DNA of 64,000 nucleotides from Candidatus Eiseniibacteriota bacterium (GTDB lineage: Bacteria > Eisenbacteria > RBG-16-71-46 > CAIMUX01 > VGJL01). Numbering within the stretch: position 1 is the first letter of the stretch; each line of letters opens with the position of its first letter. Shown piece after piece: positions 52,190 through 64,000 of the stretch. The position numbers and the translations under genes were made by a program. Under the pieces are notes generated by a model. The model saw only the letters and a program-made list of their open reading frames with translations. It was not told where the DNA came from and did not search any database. The stretch covers positions 346,160 to 410,159 of the forward strand of contig CAWBWI010000002.1 of NCBI GenBank assembly GCA_963792585.1, written 5' to 3'.

Positions 52190-53311
52190 ATGACACGCAC
52201 TTCAACGCCAGAGATCCCCGCTTGGACGAATTCATACGTCCGAGCTGCACTCATGGCGGAGATCGGGCGACTCAGGGGGGTCGCGGCTGGCCGAGCGTGT
52301 GCCACGTTCCGCGCGGCGGCCGCGGTCGGCGGGTTCGTGGCTGCCGGGGAGATCGAGCAGGCGGCAGCCGAGAGGCTTCTCCTAACGGCCGCCACGGAGA
52401 CCGGCCTTCCGGAACGCGAGGCGATCGGCCACATCCGGCGGGGGATCCGTCAGGGAGGGTTGACCCCGCGTCATGTTCCCGGTGCGCGGGTGAGTGACTA
52501 CTCCTTCCCCCTACCGGCCCAGCGGACCTCGACCGCCGCGGGCGCCCCAGCAGGTCTCGCTGAGCCGCTCGATCGCCCACCCAGGGCAGAGGTCGAAGCG
52601 CTTTGGTCCTCATGCATGCCCGTCGGCTCCGATCCCGAGGTTGCGTGGTGGTTTTGTTACCGTTACCACCCATCCGGAGAGCATCAAACGACCCCCGGAG
52701 CCCAGCTTGGAAATGACGAGAGGTCTTGTTACCGTTACCGCCCCTTATTGATTGTCCAGCGCATCGAACTCTGGGACCTGGCCAGGGCAATCCCTGCCAA
52801 CCTCGCCCTGCCACGCTGGGCCTGGTCCCGAGGCGGGTCCTGGACTCGGACCGGACACCGGATCGTCTCTCGGCTCTGGAACCACGCCGGCGAGTGCGTG
52901 TCCCTCCGCGTGCGGTGTGTTGACCCCGCCGTGACGCCCAAGTCCCTCGCCCCTTCCGGGTTCTCCGTGAAGGGACTCGTTCTCGCCGATCCCCTCGGGG
53001 TCCAGCTTCTCTCTGGGGTCGTCCCGGACTGGTGGGAACCTCGCGAGATCGTCGTTTCCGAGGGAGAAGTGGATTGGATGACCTGGGGGGCGCGGCAGCG
53101 CGAAGCCGAGGGGCAGGGCCCGGCCTGCTTCGGTGTCGAGACCGGCGCATGGTCGCAGAGGATCGCAGATCGCCTGCCCAACGGCTGCGCGGTCGTGCTT
53201 CGAACCCATCACGACGAGCCAGGGGAACGATACGCAGAGCAGATCATCAAGACGCTCCGCGGACGATGCCGCCTCTTCCGCAGCCTGCCGGAAGGGGAGG
53301 CGAGACGATGA
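52190..53311 (+). CDS. Primase-like protein (TOPRIM-like C-terminus)
   Basis: VVSEGEVDW...HHDEPGERYA; overlaps the DUF3987 gene; RBS GAGGAGG. Confidence 0.55.
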   Translation: MTRTSTPEIPAWTNSYVRAALMAEIGRLRGVAAGRACATFRAAAAVGGFVAAGEIEQAAAERLLLTAATETGLPEREAIGHIRRGIRQGGLTPRHVPGARVSDYSFPLPAQRTSTAAGAPAGLAEPLDRPPRAEVEALWSSCMPVGSDPEVAWWFCYRYHPSGEHQTTPGAQLGNDERSCYRYRPLLIVQRIELWDLARAIPANLALPRWAWSRGGSWTRTGHRIVSRLWNHAGECVSLRVRCVDPAVTPKSLAPSGFSVKGLVLADPLGVQLLSGVVPDWWEPREIVVSEGEVDWMTWGARQREAEGQGPACFGVETGAWSQRIADRLPNGCAVVLRTHHDEPGERYAEQIIKTLRGRCRLFRSLPEGEARR

Positions 53312-54960
53312 GGGACGACAACGATCGCCTGCGTGCTTGCACTCTACCGAGCGATCCTCTCGCCGACGCAGTTCCGATCGAGGAGACTGCCCCTGAGTGT
53401 CATCCCGAGGCACCCGAGTACAGGCCGTTCCCAATCGACGTGCTGCCGGAGCCGGTCCGTACTTTCGTAACCGAGGCGGCGGGTGCCATTGGATGCGATC
53501 TGGCATACGTTGCGCTCTGCGCTCTGGCGGGCCTCGCCGCATCGATCGGAAACACGCGGAGGATCAAGCTCAAGGGGAGCTGGTGCGAGCCGTCCGTCCT
53601 GTGGACGGCGATCGTCGGAGAGTCAGGCACTCTGAAGAGCCCAGCCCTCGACGTCGCACTCGCACCGCTTCGGCACCTTCAGGCCAAAGCGATCGATCGG
53701 TATCGGATCGAAAAGAAGGCCCACGACGAGAAGGTTGAGCGTTACCTCCAGTCCAACCGCCGGCGCGAGAGACGCATTCTTGGCGGGGGGGAGCCGCGTC
53801 CCGATGCGCCTATAGCCTGGAGGCTCCTCTGCTCGGACATTACCGTTGAGGCCCTCGCGATCCTTCTTCAGAACGCTCCCCGCGGTCTACTTCTTGTTCG
53901 TGATGAACTGTCAGGATGGATCAAGGGCTTCGACCAGTACAAGAAGGGTCAAGGATCCGACGCCCCCCACTTTCTGGGCATGCATCGAGCGGGAGATCTC
54001 CTGATTGATCGCAAGATCAAGAGTGAGCTCATCTACATCCCGCGCGCAGCAGTTTCGGTCACCGGCGGCATTCAGCCCAGGATCCTCAAGCGCACCTTGG
54101 GGGCGGAGCACCTGGACAACGGCCTTGCAGCTCGCCTGCTCCTTGCCATGCCCCCGCGTCTTCCGAAGCACTGGACCGATCAGGAAATCTCACCGTCAAT
54201 CACGACCTGCCTCTCCGACCTGTACGGCCGCCTGCTCGAACTTGATCTCATTGTCAATTCTGGAGGGGAAACGGTGCCGGTCGACCTTCCGCTAACCGCG
54301 AGTGGGAGAGATGCCTGGATTCAGTTCTTCAACCGGCATGGGGTTGAACAGGCTCGACGAGAAGGTGATCTCGCCGCGGCTTTCTCCAAGTTGGAGGGCT
54401 ATTGCGCGCGGTTCGCGCTGGTCATCCATCTAATTCGCTGTGAGGCCGGAGACTTGACGCTCGAGACGAGGGAGGCGGTCGACAGCACGAGCATCGAGGC
54501 CGGTGTGACGCTGACATCTTGGTTCGCTTACGAGACGGAGCGCATCTACGTCGCGCTTGGCATCACTTCTGCAGTCTCGTCACCTTCGAAGCTGCAGGAG
54601 ATCATCCGCCGGCACGGTGGTCGCATTTCAGTACGGGACCTCATGCACGCAACCCGCCAGTACCGAGACTCTTCCGAGAGAGCCCATGCCGCACTTCAGC
54701 AGCTTGTCGATGGAGGTTTTGGCACTTGGGTTCATTCCAGTCCAAGGCAGGGAGGCAGACCTAGCGAGGTGTTCGAGCTCACCCTGGAGGTTGGTAACAC
54801 TGGTAACGGTAACGAAACCCTCCCTCGTGAGAATGCGGCACCGCGCCGAACTAGCGATACGACAATAGGTTACAGCGAACATCAGGAGAGCGCCGGCGAC
54901 AAGCAGGCCGGTAACACAAACCCCGGTTCGGATACCGGAGCGGAGGATTTGCTGCTATGA
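53308..54960 (+). CDS. DUF3987/YfjI-family replication ATPase/helicase
   Basis: FPIDVLP, IVGESGTLKSPA, DITVEAL, RDELSGW, GGIQP, GLAARLL. Confidence 0.85.
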   Translation: MRDDNDRLRACTLPSDPLADAVPIEETAPECHPEAPEYRPFPIDVLPEPVRTFVTEAAGAIGCDLAYVALCALAGLAASIGNTRRIKLKGSWCEPSVLWTAIVGESGTLKSPALDVALAPLRHLQAKAIDRYRIEKKAHDEKVERYLQSNRRRERRILGGGEPRPDAPIAWRLLCSDITVEALAILLQNAPRGLLLVRDELSGWIKGFDQYKKGQGSDAPHFLGMHRAGDLLIDRKIKSELIYIPRAAVSVTGGIQPRILKRTLGAEHLDNGLAARLLLAMPPRLPKHWTDQEISPSITTCLSDLYGRLLELDLIVNSGGETVPVDLPLTASGRDAWIQFFNRHGVEQARREGDLAAAFSKLEGYCARFALVIHLIRCEAGDLTLETREAVDSTSIEAGVTLTSWFAYETERIYVALGITSAVSSPSKLQEIIRRHGGRISVRDLMHATRQYRDSSERAHAALQQLVDGGFGTWVHSSPRQGGRPSEVFELTLEVGNTGNGNETLPRENAAPRRTSDTTIGYSEHQESAGDKQAGNTNPGSDTGAEDLLL

Positions 54961-55253
54961 CTGAGTCCCAGGTTCCAATTTCCGAGGTTCGAATTCGGCC
55001 GGTCCCGAATGGAAACGACGGTTTGATCGCATTCGCCTCGTGCCGGTACGGAAACGTCCTACTGAACGATCTGGCCGTCCGGAAGGACGAGTCGGGTCGC
55101 CTGTTCTTGACCTACCCGCGGAAGCTCGCGTCCAACGGACGGCCGCATCCGCTCCACCACCCGATCGACCGCGAGACTGCCGACCAGTTCGAGGCGGCGG
55201 TCCTCGGCCCGCTCCGCAGTCTCATGGGCGGCGGGGAAGGGTCCAATAGCTGA
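54957..55253 (+). CDS. SpoVG-like nucleic-acid-binding protein
   Basis: ISEVRIRP, LIAFASC, LLNDLAV, LFLTYP, HPIDRETA. Confidence 0.7.
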   Translation: MTESQVPISEVRIRPVPNGNDGLIAFASCRYGNVLLNDLAVRKDESGRLFLTYPRKLASNGRPHPLHHPIDRETADQFEAAVLGPLRSLMGGGEGSNS

Positions 55254-55494
55254 TGCAGGCGGTGCCGGCGCCCGACGCGGTCCTCGATCGGCCCCGGCGC
55301 GCCGCTGCCATCGTCGAGAATCCGCGCATCGTCGTGGTCGAGAGCCCCGACACGGCCGATCCCGACGCCGTCCGAGGCGCCCTCGAACTGCTGGTGAAGT
55401 GGGTTGTACGGGCCCACCAAGGCCGCGAGCAAGCCATGGGCGAATCCACGCCGACTGCAGCTATCGCGGACGAAGACTCTGGAGATTCGACTTG

Positions 55495-55495
<1 letters not shown>
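55253..55495 (+). CDS. Small hypothetical protein coupled to the recombinase
   Basis: TGATG overlaps at both ends. Confidence 0.55.
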
Positions 55496-57399
<1,904 letters not shown>

Positions 57400-57484
57400 G
57401 ATGCCAACTTCTACCAGCATCCGGACGGCGTGTCAAGGACGTGGACTCCGCCCCGGGATTCGGGCGCAGGGGGCCTGTGTGGCC

Positions 57485-57883
57485 CTAGCGGGGCTCGGGC
57501 GGGGGAGCGATCCCGCGAGAAGCGCCGGCCCGTGCACTGTCCGCTCCGCCGTTTCGGTAGATCAACTCGTTTGGGCGGACCATGTCATAGTCTTGACGCG
57601 CGCGCCGCTCGAGGGTGGTCTCCATGTGCTCGTTGTCCCACTCCAGCACCCGGATCCGCCCGTCCGCCTCCGCAATCAGCGATCGCAACTCCGCCTCGCG
57701 CTTCACCAACGACCGCTGGGCGAGGAGACCCTCATCGGTCAGGACGATCGTGTACGCGGCGAGCAGCGCCATGCCTGCCCCCACGATCCATAGCAGCCGG
57801 TTCCGGCTGGAGTTCCAGCCCCGCCCGCCGCCCCGTCGATACGGCGCGCCCGGCATGGACCAAGGATCTTGCTGGAAACCCAT
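57485..57883 (-). CDS. FtsB/DivIC-family septum formation initiator
   Basis: TM helix, coiled coil, LERRARQDYDMVRPNE; downstream of eno. Confidence 0.78.
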   Translation of the reverse strand: MGFQQDPWSMPGAPYRRGGGRGWNSSRNRLLWIVGAGMALLAAYTIVLTDEGLLAQRSLVKREAELRSLIAEADGRIRVLEWDNEHMETTLERRARQDYDMVRPNELIYRNGGADSARAGASRGIAPPPEPR

Positions 57884-57948
57884 CTCGACCTACCCTCCGC
57901 CCGCCGATTGTGAAACGTGCTCCCTCGCGACTACGGAACTTAGAGCCT

Positions 57949-59286
<1,338 letters not shown>

Positions 59287-59407
59287 CTACCCGACCTCCC
59301 AGCAGGGGTCAAGCGGCTTCCCCTTGACGGCCTGGGACTCCGAGGTTAGCTTCCCTGGGGTTCTTAACGGTATGGCGGATCGGCAAATAGCCGGCCGCCA
59401 GGATGTC

Positions 59408-59433
59408 GCAACCTGGCCGGCTCCGTTTCCGTA
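59408..59433 (+). promoter_or_regulatory. Putative ECF-sigma promoter
   Basis: GCAACC-N16-CGTA just upstream of the second ECF sigma gene. Confidence 0.6.
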
Positions 59434-59460
59434 AGGGCGCACAGGCTTTAGGAGCAGGGA

Positions 59461-60078
59461 ATGAGTGAGAGCCCCATCGACGAAGTCGCACTCATCCTCC
59501 TGTGCAGAAAGGGCGAAGCGGATGCAATCCGGCAACTGGTCGAAGCTTACGAGAGACCGATCTACCACATCATCTGGCGATCGGTTGGAAATTCTGAAGA
59601 CGCGCGGGATCTCACCCAGGAGACCTTCGTCCGCGCGATTCGAGCGCTCGATCAGTTCGACCCGACCAGGCCCTTCCGGAACTGGATCTTTCGGATCGCA
59701 TCGAACCTGGCCATCGATCACCTCCGTCGGCGCCGGATACGAACGGTCTCGATCAACGTCGATGAAGACGACGAACGGGGCATGCGGGCCCCGACCCTCG
59801 TGGATCCCGGCAGCCGTCCGGACGAAGTCCATGAACAGACCTGGTTGTCCGAGAAACTCGCGAAGCTGGTCGACCGACTTCCTCCCGAATACCGGATGGT
59901 CGTCCACCTTCGCCATCGTGAGCAGCTGTCCTACGAAGAGATCGCGGAGACTCTGGACGTCCCCCTGGGGACCGTGAAAGCCCGGCTCCACAGGGCGCAC
60001 CACCGGCTACGTGCTCTGTGGATCGGCGAGATGCCCGCCATGGGCGGAGAAGAAGATGATGGACCTGAGGCACTGTGA
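59461..60078 (+). CDS. ECF RNA polymerase sigma factor (SigW/RpoE-like)
   Basis: DARDLTQETF, WIFRIASNLAID, LSYEEIAETL...GTVKARLHRA. Confidence 0.93.
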   Translation: MSESPIDEVALILLCRKGEADAIRQLVEAYERPIYHIIWRSVGNSEDARDLTQETFVRAIRALDQFDPTRPFRNWIFRIASNLAIDHLRRRRIRTVSINVDEDDERGMRAPTLVDPGSRPDEVHEQTWLSEKLAKLVDRLPPEYRMVVHLRHREQLSYEEIAETLDVPLGTVKARLHRAHHRLRALWIGEMPAMGGEEDDGPEAL

Positions 60079-60688
60079 CGATGCGTGCAACCAGGATTAC
60101 TCCCTGGGTGTGCTTGACCCCGACGAGGCCGCCGGGCTCGAATCACACCTGCGTGATTGCCCCGCATGCGCCTCTCAAGTCCGGGAGTACCAGGCCCTCT
60201 TCCATGAGCTGGCCGATCTCCCGCTCCCTCCCGTTCCGAAAGGAATCGCTGCCGGTGTGGTCGCGCGGCTCCGACCGTCGCCCAAGGCTCGCGGGGCGAA
60301 CGCGATCTTCGGCCTTCTCCTTCGTCGCCCCGCATTCGCTGCGGCTGCGGGAGGATTGCTGGGGCTGTGTATCGCCGTCTTTCATGAACCGCTGCTCTTG
60401 TTGTTCGGCCGCATGACCGGCGGCGTCGTTGCCGGCGGGGTGACGCAACTGGCGACGGGCATCCGAGAGATTCTCAAGGATCTCTCGACCCTGACGGTCA
60501 TCGTCCACCCCATCGTGGGAGCAATCCTCAAGTTGGAACCTGTCGTTCGAGTATTGGGGGAGGCGGTCCGCGCCGTGCCGGCCCAGGCGTCGGTTCCCTC
60601 GATCCTCCTCAGCCTGGCAACGGCGGTTCTGCTCGCCCGACTTCTGGGCCAAGTCAGAAGGGAGAAACTCGACCATGCAAAGTCATAG
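60056..60688 (+). CDS. zf-HC2 membrane anti-sigma factor
   Basis: HLRDCPAC plus hydrophobic helices. Confidence 0.8.
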   Translation: MMDLRHCDDACNQDYSLGVLDPDEAAGLESHLRDCPACASQVREYQALFHELADLPLPPVPKGIAAGVVARLRPSPKARGANAIFGLLLRRPAFAAAAGGLLGLCIAVFHEPLLLLFGRMTGGVVAGGVTQLATGIREILKDLSTLTVIVHPIVGAILKLEPVVRVLGEAVRAVPAQASVPSILLSLATAVLLARLLGQVRREKLDHAKS

Positions 60689-61763
60689 GTGGAACCCATG
60701 GCGACCTCTCGGACTCCTGATCGTATTCGTTTGCGCGCTCTCCCTCTCGCCCGCCGGCCACTTCGGCATCGTGATGGCGCGAGCCGACATTACCATCAGC
60801 GTGGATGACGACTCCACGCGCGCCGATTCCGGTCCGCCGCTGGAAAGCGGCGGCAAGGATGTGGTGCGGATGGGCGAGAACATCGAAGTCGGCGCCAACG
60901 AGACCATCGAGGGAGACGTCGTGGCGATCGGGGGGACCGTGACGGTCCTCGGTCACGTCCTTGGCGACGTCGTTTCCGTGGGGGGGGGAGTCGATCTGAA
61001 ATCGACCGCGACCGTCAACGGGGACGTCGTATGTGTCGGCGGGGTCGTGAATCGCGAAGACGGGGCGACCGTCCTCGGCCAAAACGTGAGCGTCGGCGTC
61101 TTGCCGAAAGGGTTCGCGCGATTGATGCCCCATGCCAAATTCGGTAGCCGACACTCGGACGACGAAGGCGGAGGAGTGCTCTCGGTCTGGTGGGCCTTCC
61201 TTCGGTATGCGGGGATCTTCCTTGTCGGCCTCGTTCTCTACCTCGCCTTCCCGAAGCGAATGGCGACGATTCGCGAAACGTCTCGTTCCAGATTCTGGCT
61301 GTGCCTGGTGATCGGTTTCGCCGGGATGATCGGCGTTTCGGTCGGACTCATCCTTCTCTGTATCACGTGCATCGGGATCATCGTCGCCGTGCCGGGGCTC
61401 TTCGCCTTCATTCTTGCCATGATCGCGGGAGGGGCCGTGGCCGCGAGTATCTTCGGGGAGGTCATTCTACGACGCCCGGCGAAGGACACCGGATCTTGGG
61501 CCTCGACCATGGCCGTCGGGATTGGACTCTTGTTCGTCATCAAGGCGCTGGGCTTGCTCCTCGAGTCGACCGGCGGGGCGGGTGAAGCGATCGGCAAGTC
61601 GATCCAGGTGATCGCCTCCACCGCCTGGTTCATCCTCTTCATGTGTGGATTCGGGGGGTTGCTCGTCTCCCGTGTCGGCCGCCCGGAGATCGCCGCCACG
61701 GTCGGGTCGGACCTCCCGGCCGCGCCGGAGCCACCTGCGGGTCCGTCGCCGATCATCTCCTAG
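60675..61763 (+). CDS. Bactofilin-like beta-helix + multi-pass membrane protein
   Basis: Repeats of GDVV(A/S/C)(I/V)GG followed by several TM helices. Confidence 0.7.
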   Translation: MQSHRWNPWRPLGLLIVFVCALSLSPAGHFGIVMARADITISVDDDSTRADSGPPLESGGKDVVRMGENIEVGANETIEGDVVAIGGTVTVLGHVLGDVVSVGGGVDLKSTATVNGDVVCVGGVVNREDGATVLGQNVSVGVLPKGFARLMPHAKFGSRHSDDEGGGVLSVWWAFLRYAGIFLVGLVLYLAFPKRMATIRETSRSRFWLCLVIGFAGMIGVSVGLILLCITCIGIIVAVPGLFAFILAMIAGGAVAASIFGEVILRRPAKDTGSWASTMAVGIGLLFVIKALGLLLESTGGAGEAIGKSIQVIASTAWFILFMCGFGGLLVSRVGRPEIAATVGSDLPAAPEPPAGPSPIIS

Positions 61764-61790
61764 CCAAGCCCATTTCCGTGCCAACGCTCC

Positions 61791-61815
61791 GGCCCCGGGG
61801 GATCCCCCCGGGGCC
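61791..61815 (+). terminator. GC-rich hairpin after the ECF operon
   Basis: GGCCCCGGGGG-ATC-CCCCCGGGGCC. Confidence 0.55.
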
Positions 61816-61892
61816 TTCGCAATTCTCCCTCCATAGGTGGTTACGATCCCTGAACACGGTGAAGGGAACCCTCTTGTCGGTCTTCGCTGTCG

Positions 61893-62960
61893 GTGGTAGA
61901 CTTGTGTCAACGAAAGACGACTACCTGGCACGGGATGTGCCCTGGAGGTCTGCACTTGAGAACCAGCCGTCTCGCGATCCAGCTTCTTGCAGGACTTGCA
62001 GTTGGACTGTTTGCTACGGTCGCTGCCGGCCTCCCTCTCGGCATAAGGGTCCTCGAGCCGGAGCAGGTTCTGCGGGATCGCAGTCAGGTCGGACGGGACG
62101 GGATTCTCTACTTCCAGGACCAGCAAGGCACCCTGCGCCGGTTTGTCACATCGATCGACGATCCGATTATCGTCAACCAGGGGGATGGCCTGTTTCACCC
62201 CGCCCCTGCGCCTTTCGTTCTAGATGCAATCGAGTCGGCAGATTCGCGCTTCCTGACCCGGATCCGCTTTGACGTCTTCATCTTGCCCTACCCCGTGGCG
62301 GACCCTCTAGGATCCTGGGCGGACGGTGGAGCGATCTACCTCTCCCCTGGTGTCCGGGCCCTGTCCGACCGGCAGGTCGAGTTCCTGATCAGTCACGAAA
62401 CCGGTCACCTGGTCCATCGAACCTTCCTGCCCGACAGCGATCAGAACGGATGGGCGCTCTATCGCGCCATCCGAGGCATCGAGGACACCACCCGCTACAA
62501 CGCCGGTTCCATTCACCGTGATCGCCCTCACGAGATCTTCGCCGAAGACTTTCGCACGCTCTTTGGCAGCAACCAGGGTGCCGGCGCGGATGCGATCGAG
62601 AACCCGGACCTCGCAAATCCATTCCTTGTACCTGGTCTACGGGAGTTCTTCCTGGGGCTGATCGGCGAGACGATCGATGAGCCTGTGCTCGCCGCGTTCA
62701 CTTATCCGAATCCAATCGCAGCAGGAGAGGTTCTCAGCCTGGCTCTCCCCAACGCGGTCGCCCCGCAGATGGAGATCTTCGACGTTCAAGGACGCAGCAT
62801 CCGGACCCTGAACCGGCTTCAGCCGAAGGGGGACGGAAGCTATGCGACCCTCTGGGATGGCAAGGATGACGCAGGACGGACGATTCCCCACGGCGCGTAC
62901 TATTGCCTCGTTCGGGACGGCGCGGCTACAGCCCGCATCCCCGTCCGGTTCATCCGTTAG
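61893..62960 (+). CDS. Secreted HExxH metallopeptidase-like protein with C-terminal FlgD-like domain (start uncertain)
   Basis: SHETGHLVH, EIFAEDF; YPNP...IFDVQGRSIR...WDGKDDAG...GAYY. Confidence 0.72.
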   Translation: MVDLCQRKTTTWHGMCPGGLHLRTSRLAIQLLAGLAVGLFATVAAGLPLGIRVLEPEQVLRDRSQVGRDGILYFQDQQGTLRRFVTSIDDPIIVNQGDGLFHPAPAPFVLDAIESADSRFLTRIRFDVFILPYPVADPLGSWADGGAIYLSPGVRALSDRQVEFLISHETGHLVHRTFLPDSDQNGWALYRAIRGIEDTTRYNAGSIHRDRPHEIFAEDFRTLFGSNQGAGADAIENPDLANPFLVPGLREFFLGLIGETIDEPVLAAFTYPNPIAAGEVLSLALPNAVAPQMEIFDVQGRSIRTLNRLQPKGDGSYATLWDGKDDAGRTIPHGAYYCLVRDGAATARIPVRFIR

Positions 62961-62980
62961 GCCACGGTTCGGGAAATCCC

Positions 62981-64000
62981 CTAGGTAGAGCCCCTGGCGG
63001 CCGTGAGCCGCTCTTCCCTGTCCAGGGTCGAGAGTTGTCCGCAGGCCGCCTGGATGTCGCGTCCCTTGCTCCAGCGAACGGTGATCGTCGAGGTCGCCGG
63101 GTGCATCCAGCGCCGAAACTCCTCGATCTGCGGATCCAGTGTCGGAGAGAACCGGGAGTAAGGGTGCGGATTGTAGGCGATCAAGTTGACCTTGCACTGC
63201 AGGCTTCGGGCAAACCCGGCAAGGCGCTGAGCGTCCTCGCGTCGGTCGTTGACGCCCCGGAGGAGGACGTACTCCAGAGTGACCGGTGCTCCCTTGAGGC
63301 TCTGGTATTCGCGGAGCGCGTCCAATACCCCGTGGATCGGGTACTTGCGATTGACCGGCATCAACTCGCCGCGTCGATCGTCGCTGGTCGCGTTGAGGCT
63401 GAATGCGAGTCGAACATCGAGCGGCTCCCGCGCGAGTTGCCGGATCTCAGGTTCCAGGCCGACGGTGGAGACCGTGATCCTGCGGGCGGCCAAGCCGAAG
63501 CCGGGCGTGCCGCACAGTAACCGCAAGGCACGAACAAGGTTCTCGTAATTCGCGAGGGGCTCTCCCATCCCCATGAACACGACGTTGTAAACGCCGATCG
63601 AGCCGCGCGCGGCCATCTCCTCCCGTAGGACGCCGATTTGGGAGAGGATTTCCCCGGCGGTGAGATTGCGGCCGGCCTTCATCGCCGCCGTCGCGCAGAA
63701 GGAGCATCCGTATGCGCAACCGGCCTGTGAGGAGATGCACAGGGTATTGCGCTGGTCATCCCGGATCCAGACAGCTTCGATCGTGGGGCCGTCGTCGAGG
63801 GGAAAGAGGTACTTGGTGGCCGAATCGTCGGCCGCCCGGGTAAATCGGACGGGCCGAATCCGGCGGATCGTACAGGTGGCGCGGAGCTTCTCTCGGACCG
63901 CCATCGAGATGTTCGTCATGGCATCGAAATCCTCGACGCCGTGGCCATACAGCCAGGCGGCGATCTGGCGGGGGCGGAACGTGGGCTCTCCTGCCAGCGG
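62981..64000 (-). CDS. rlmN: 23S rRNA m2A2503 methyltransferase RlmN (5' end outside the window)
   Basis: CISSQAGCAYGCSFC, VFMGMGEP, TVSTVG, EYVLL, DIQAACGQL; frame open to the window end. Confidence 0.95.
   Translation of the reverse strand, partial: PLAGEPTFRPRQIAAWLYGHGVEDFDAMTNISMAVREKLRATCTIRRIRPVRFTRAADDSATKYLFPLDDGPTIEAVWIRDDQRNTLCISSQAGCAYGCSFCATAAMKAGRNLTAGEILSQIGVLREEMAARGSIGVYNVVFMGMGEPLANYENLVRALRLLCGTPGFGLAARRITVSTVGLEPEIRQLAREPLDVRLAFSLNATSDDRRGELMPVNRKYPIHGVLDALREYQSLKGAPVTLEYVLLRGVNDRREDAQRLAGFARSLQCKVNLIAYNPHPYSRFSPTLDPQIEEFRRWMHPATSTITVRWSKGRDIQAACGQLSTLDREERLTAARGST

Overview
GC-rich bacterial chromosome window. FlgD-like C-terminal domains and a C-terminal 'SWGRLRLLYR' motif suggest a Ca. 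Eisenbacteria/Latescibacterota-like lineage (inference only). The left host arm (1-19.9 kb) carries glk (partial), pirin and a fused 2-oxoacid dehydrogenase E1 alpha/beta. These are divergent from an unusual two-gene unit: a ~1660-aa domain-permuted PEP/dikinase-family protein coupled to a MaeB-like protein that has lost its malic-enzyme catalytic residues. Then come hypCDE, a PEP-CTERM protein, an ECF/anti-sigma locus and a Ser/Thr kinase. The middle (19941-57332) is a ~37.4-kb element integrated at the 3' end of initiator tRNA-fMet, bounded by the 13-bp direct repeat TGGTAGCGGGGGT, with the native tRNA terminator displaced to the far end. It encodes a large serine recombinase whose C-terminus spans the attachment site, a primase-like/DUF3987 replication module with iteron-like boxes, a ParB-methylase, and lambda-type terminase subunits, but no recognisable portal, capsid or tail genes. 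Its cargo includes four HEPN-type proteins (one IS256-disrupted), an MmeI-like R-M enzyme, a decayed SNF2 helicase and secreted proteins. The right host arm carries ftsB-like, eno, a second ECF locus, a metallopeptidase and rlmN (partial). Clustered frameshifts (maeB-like, hypD, ParB-methylase) look like long-read indel errors. All family calls come from motif recognition, not database searches.
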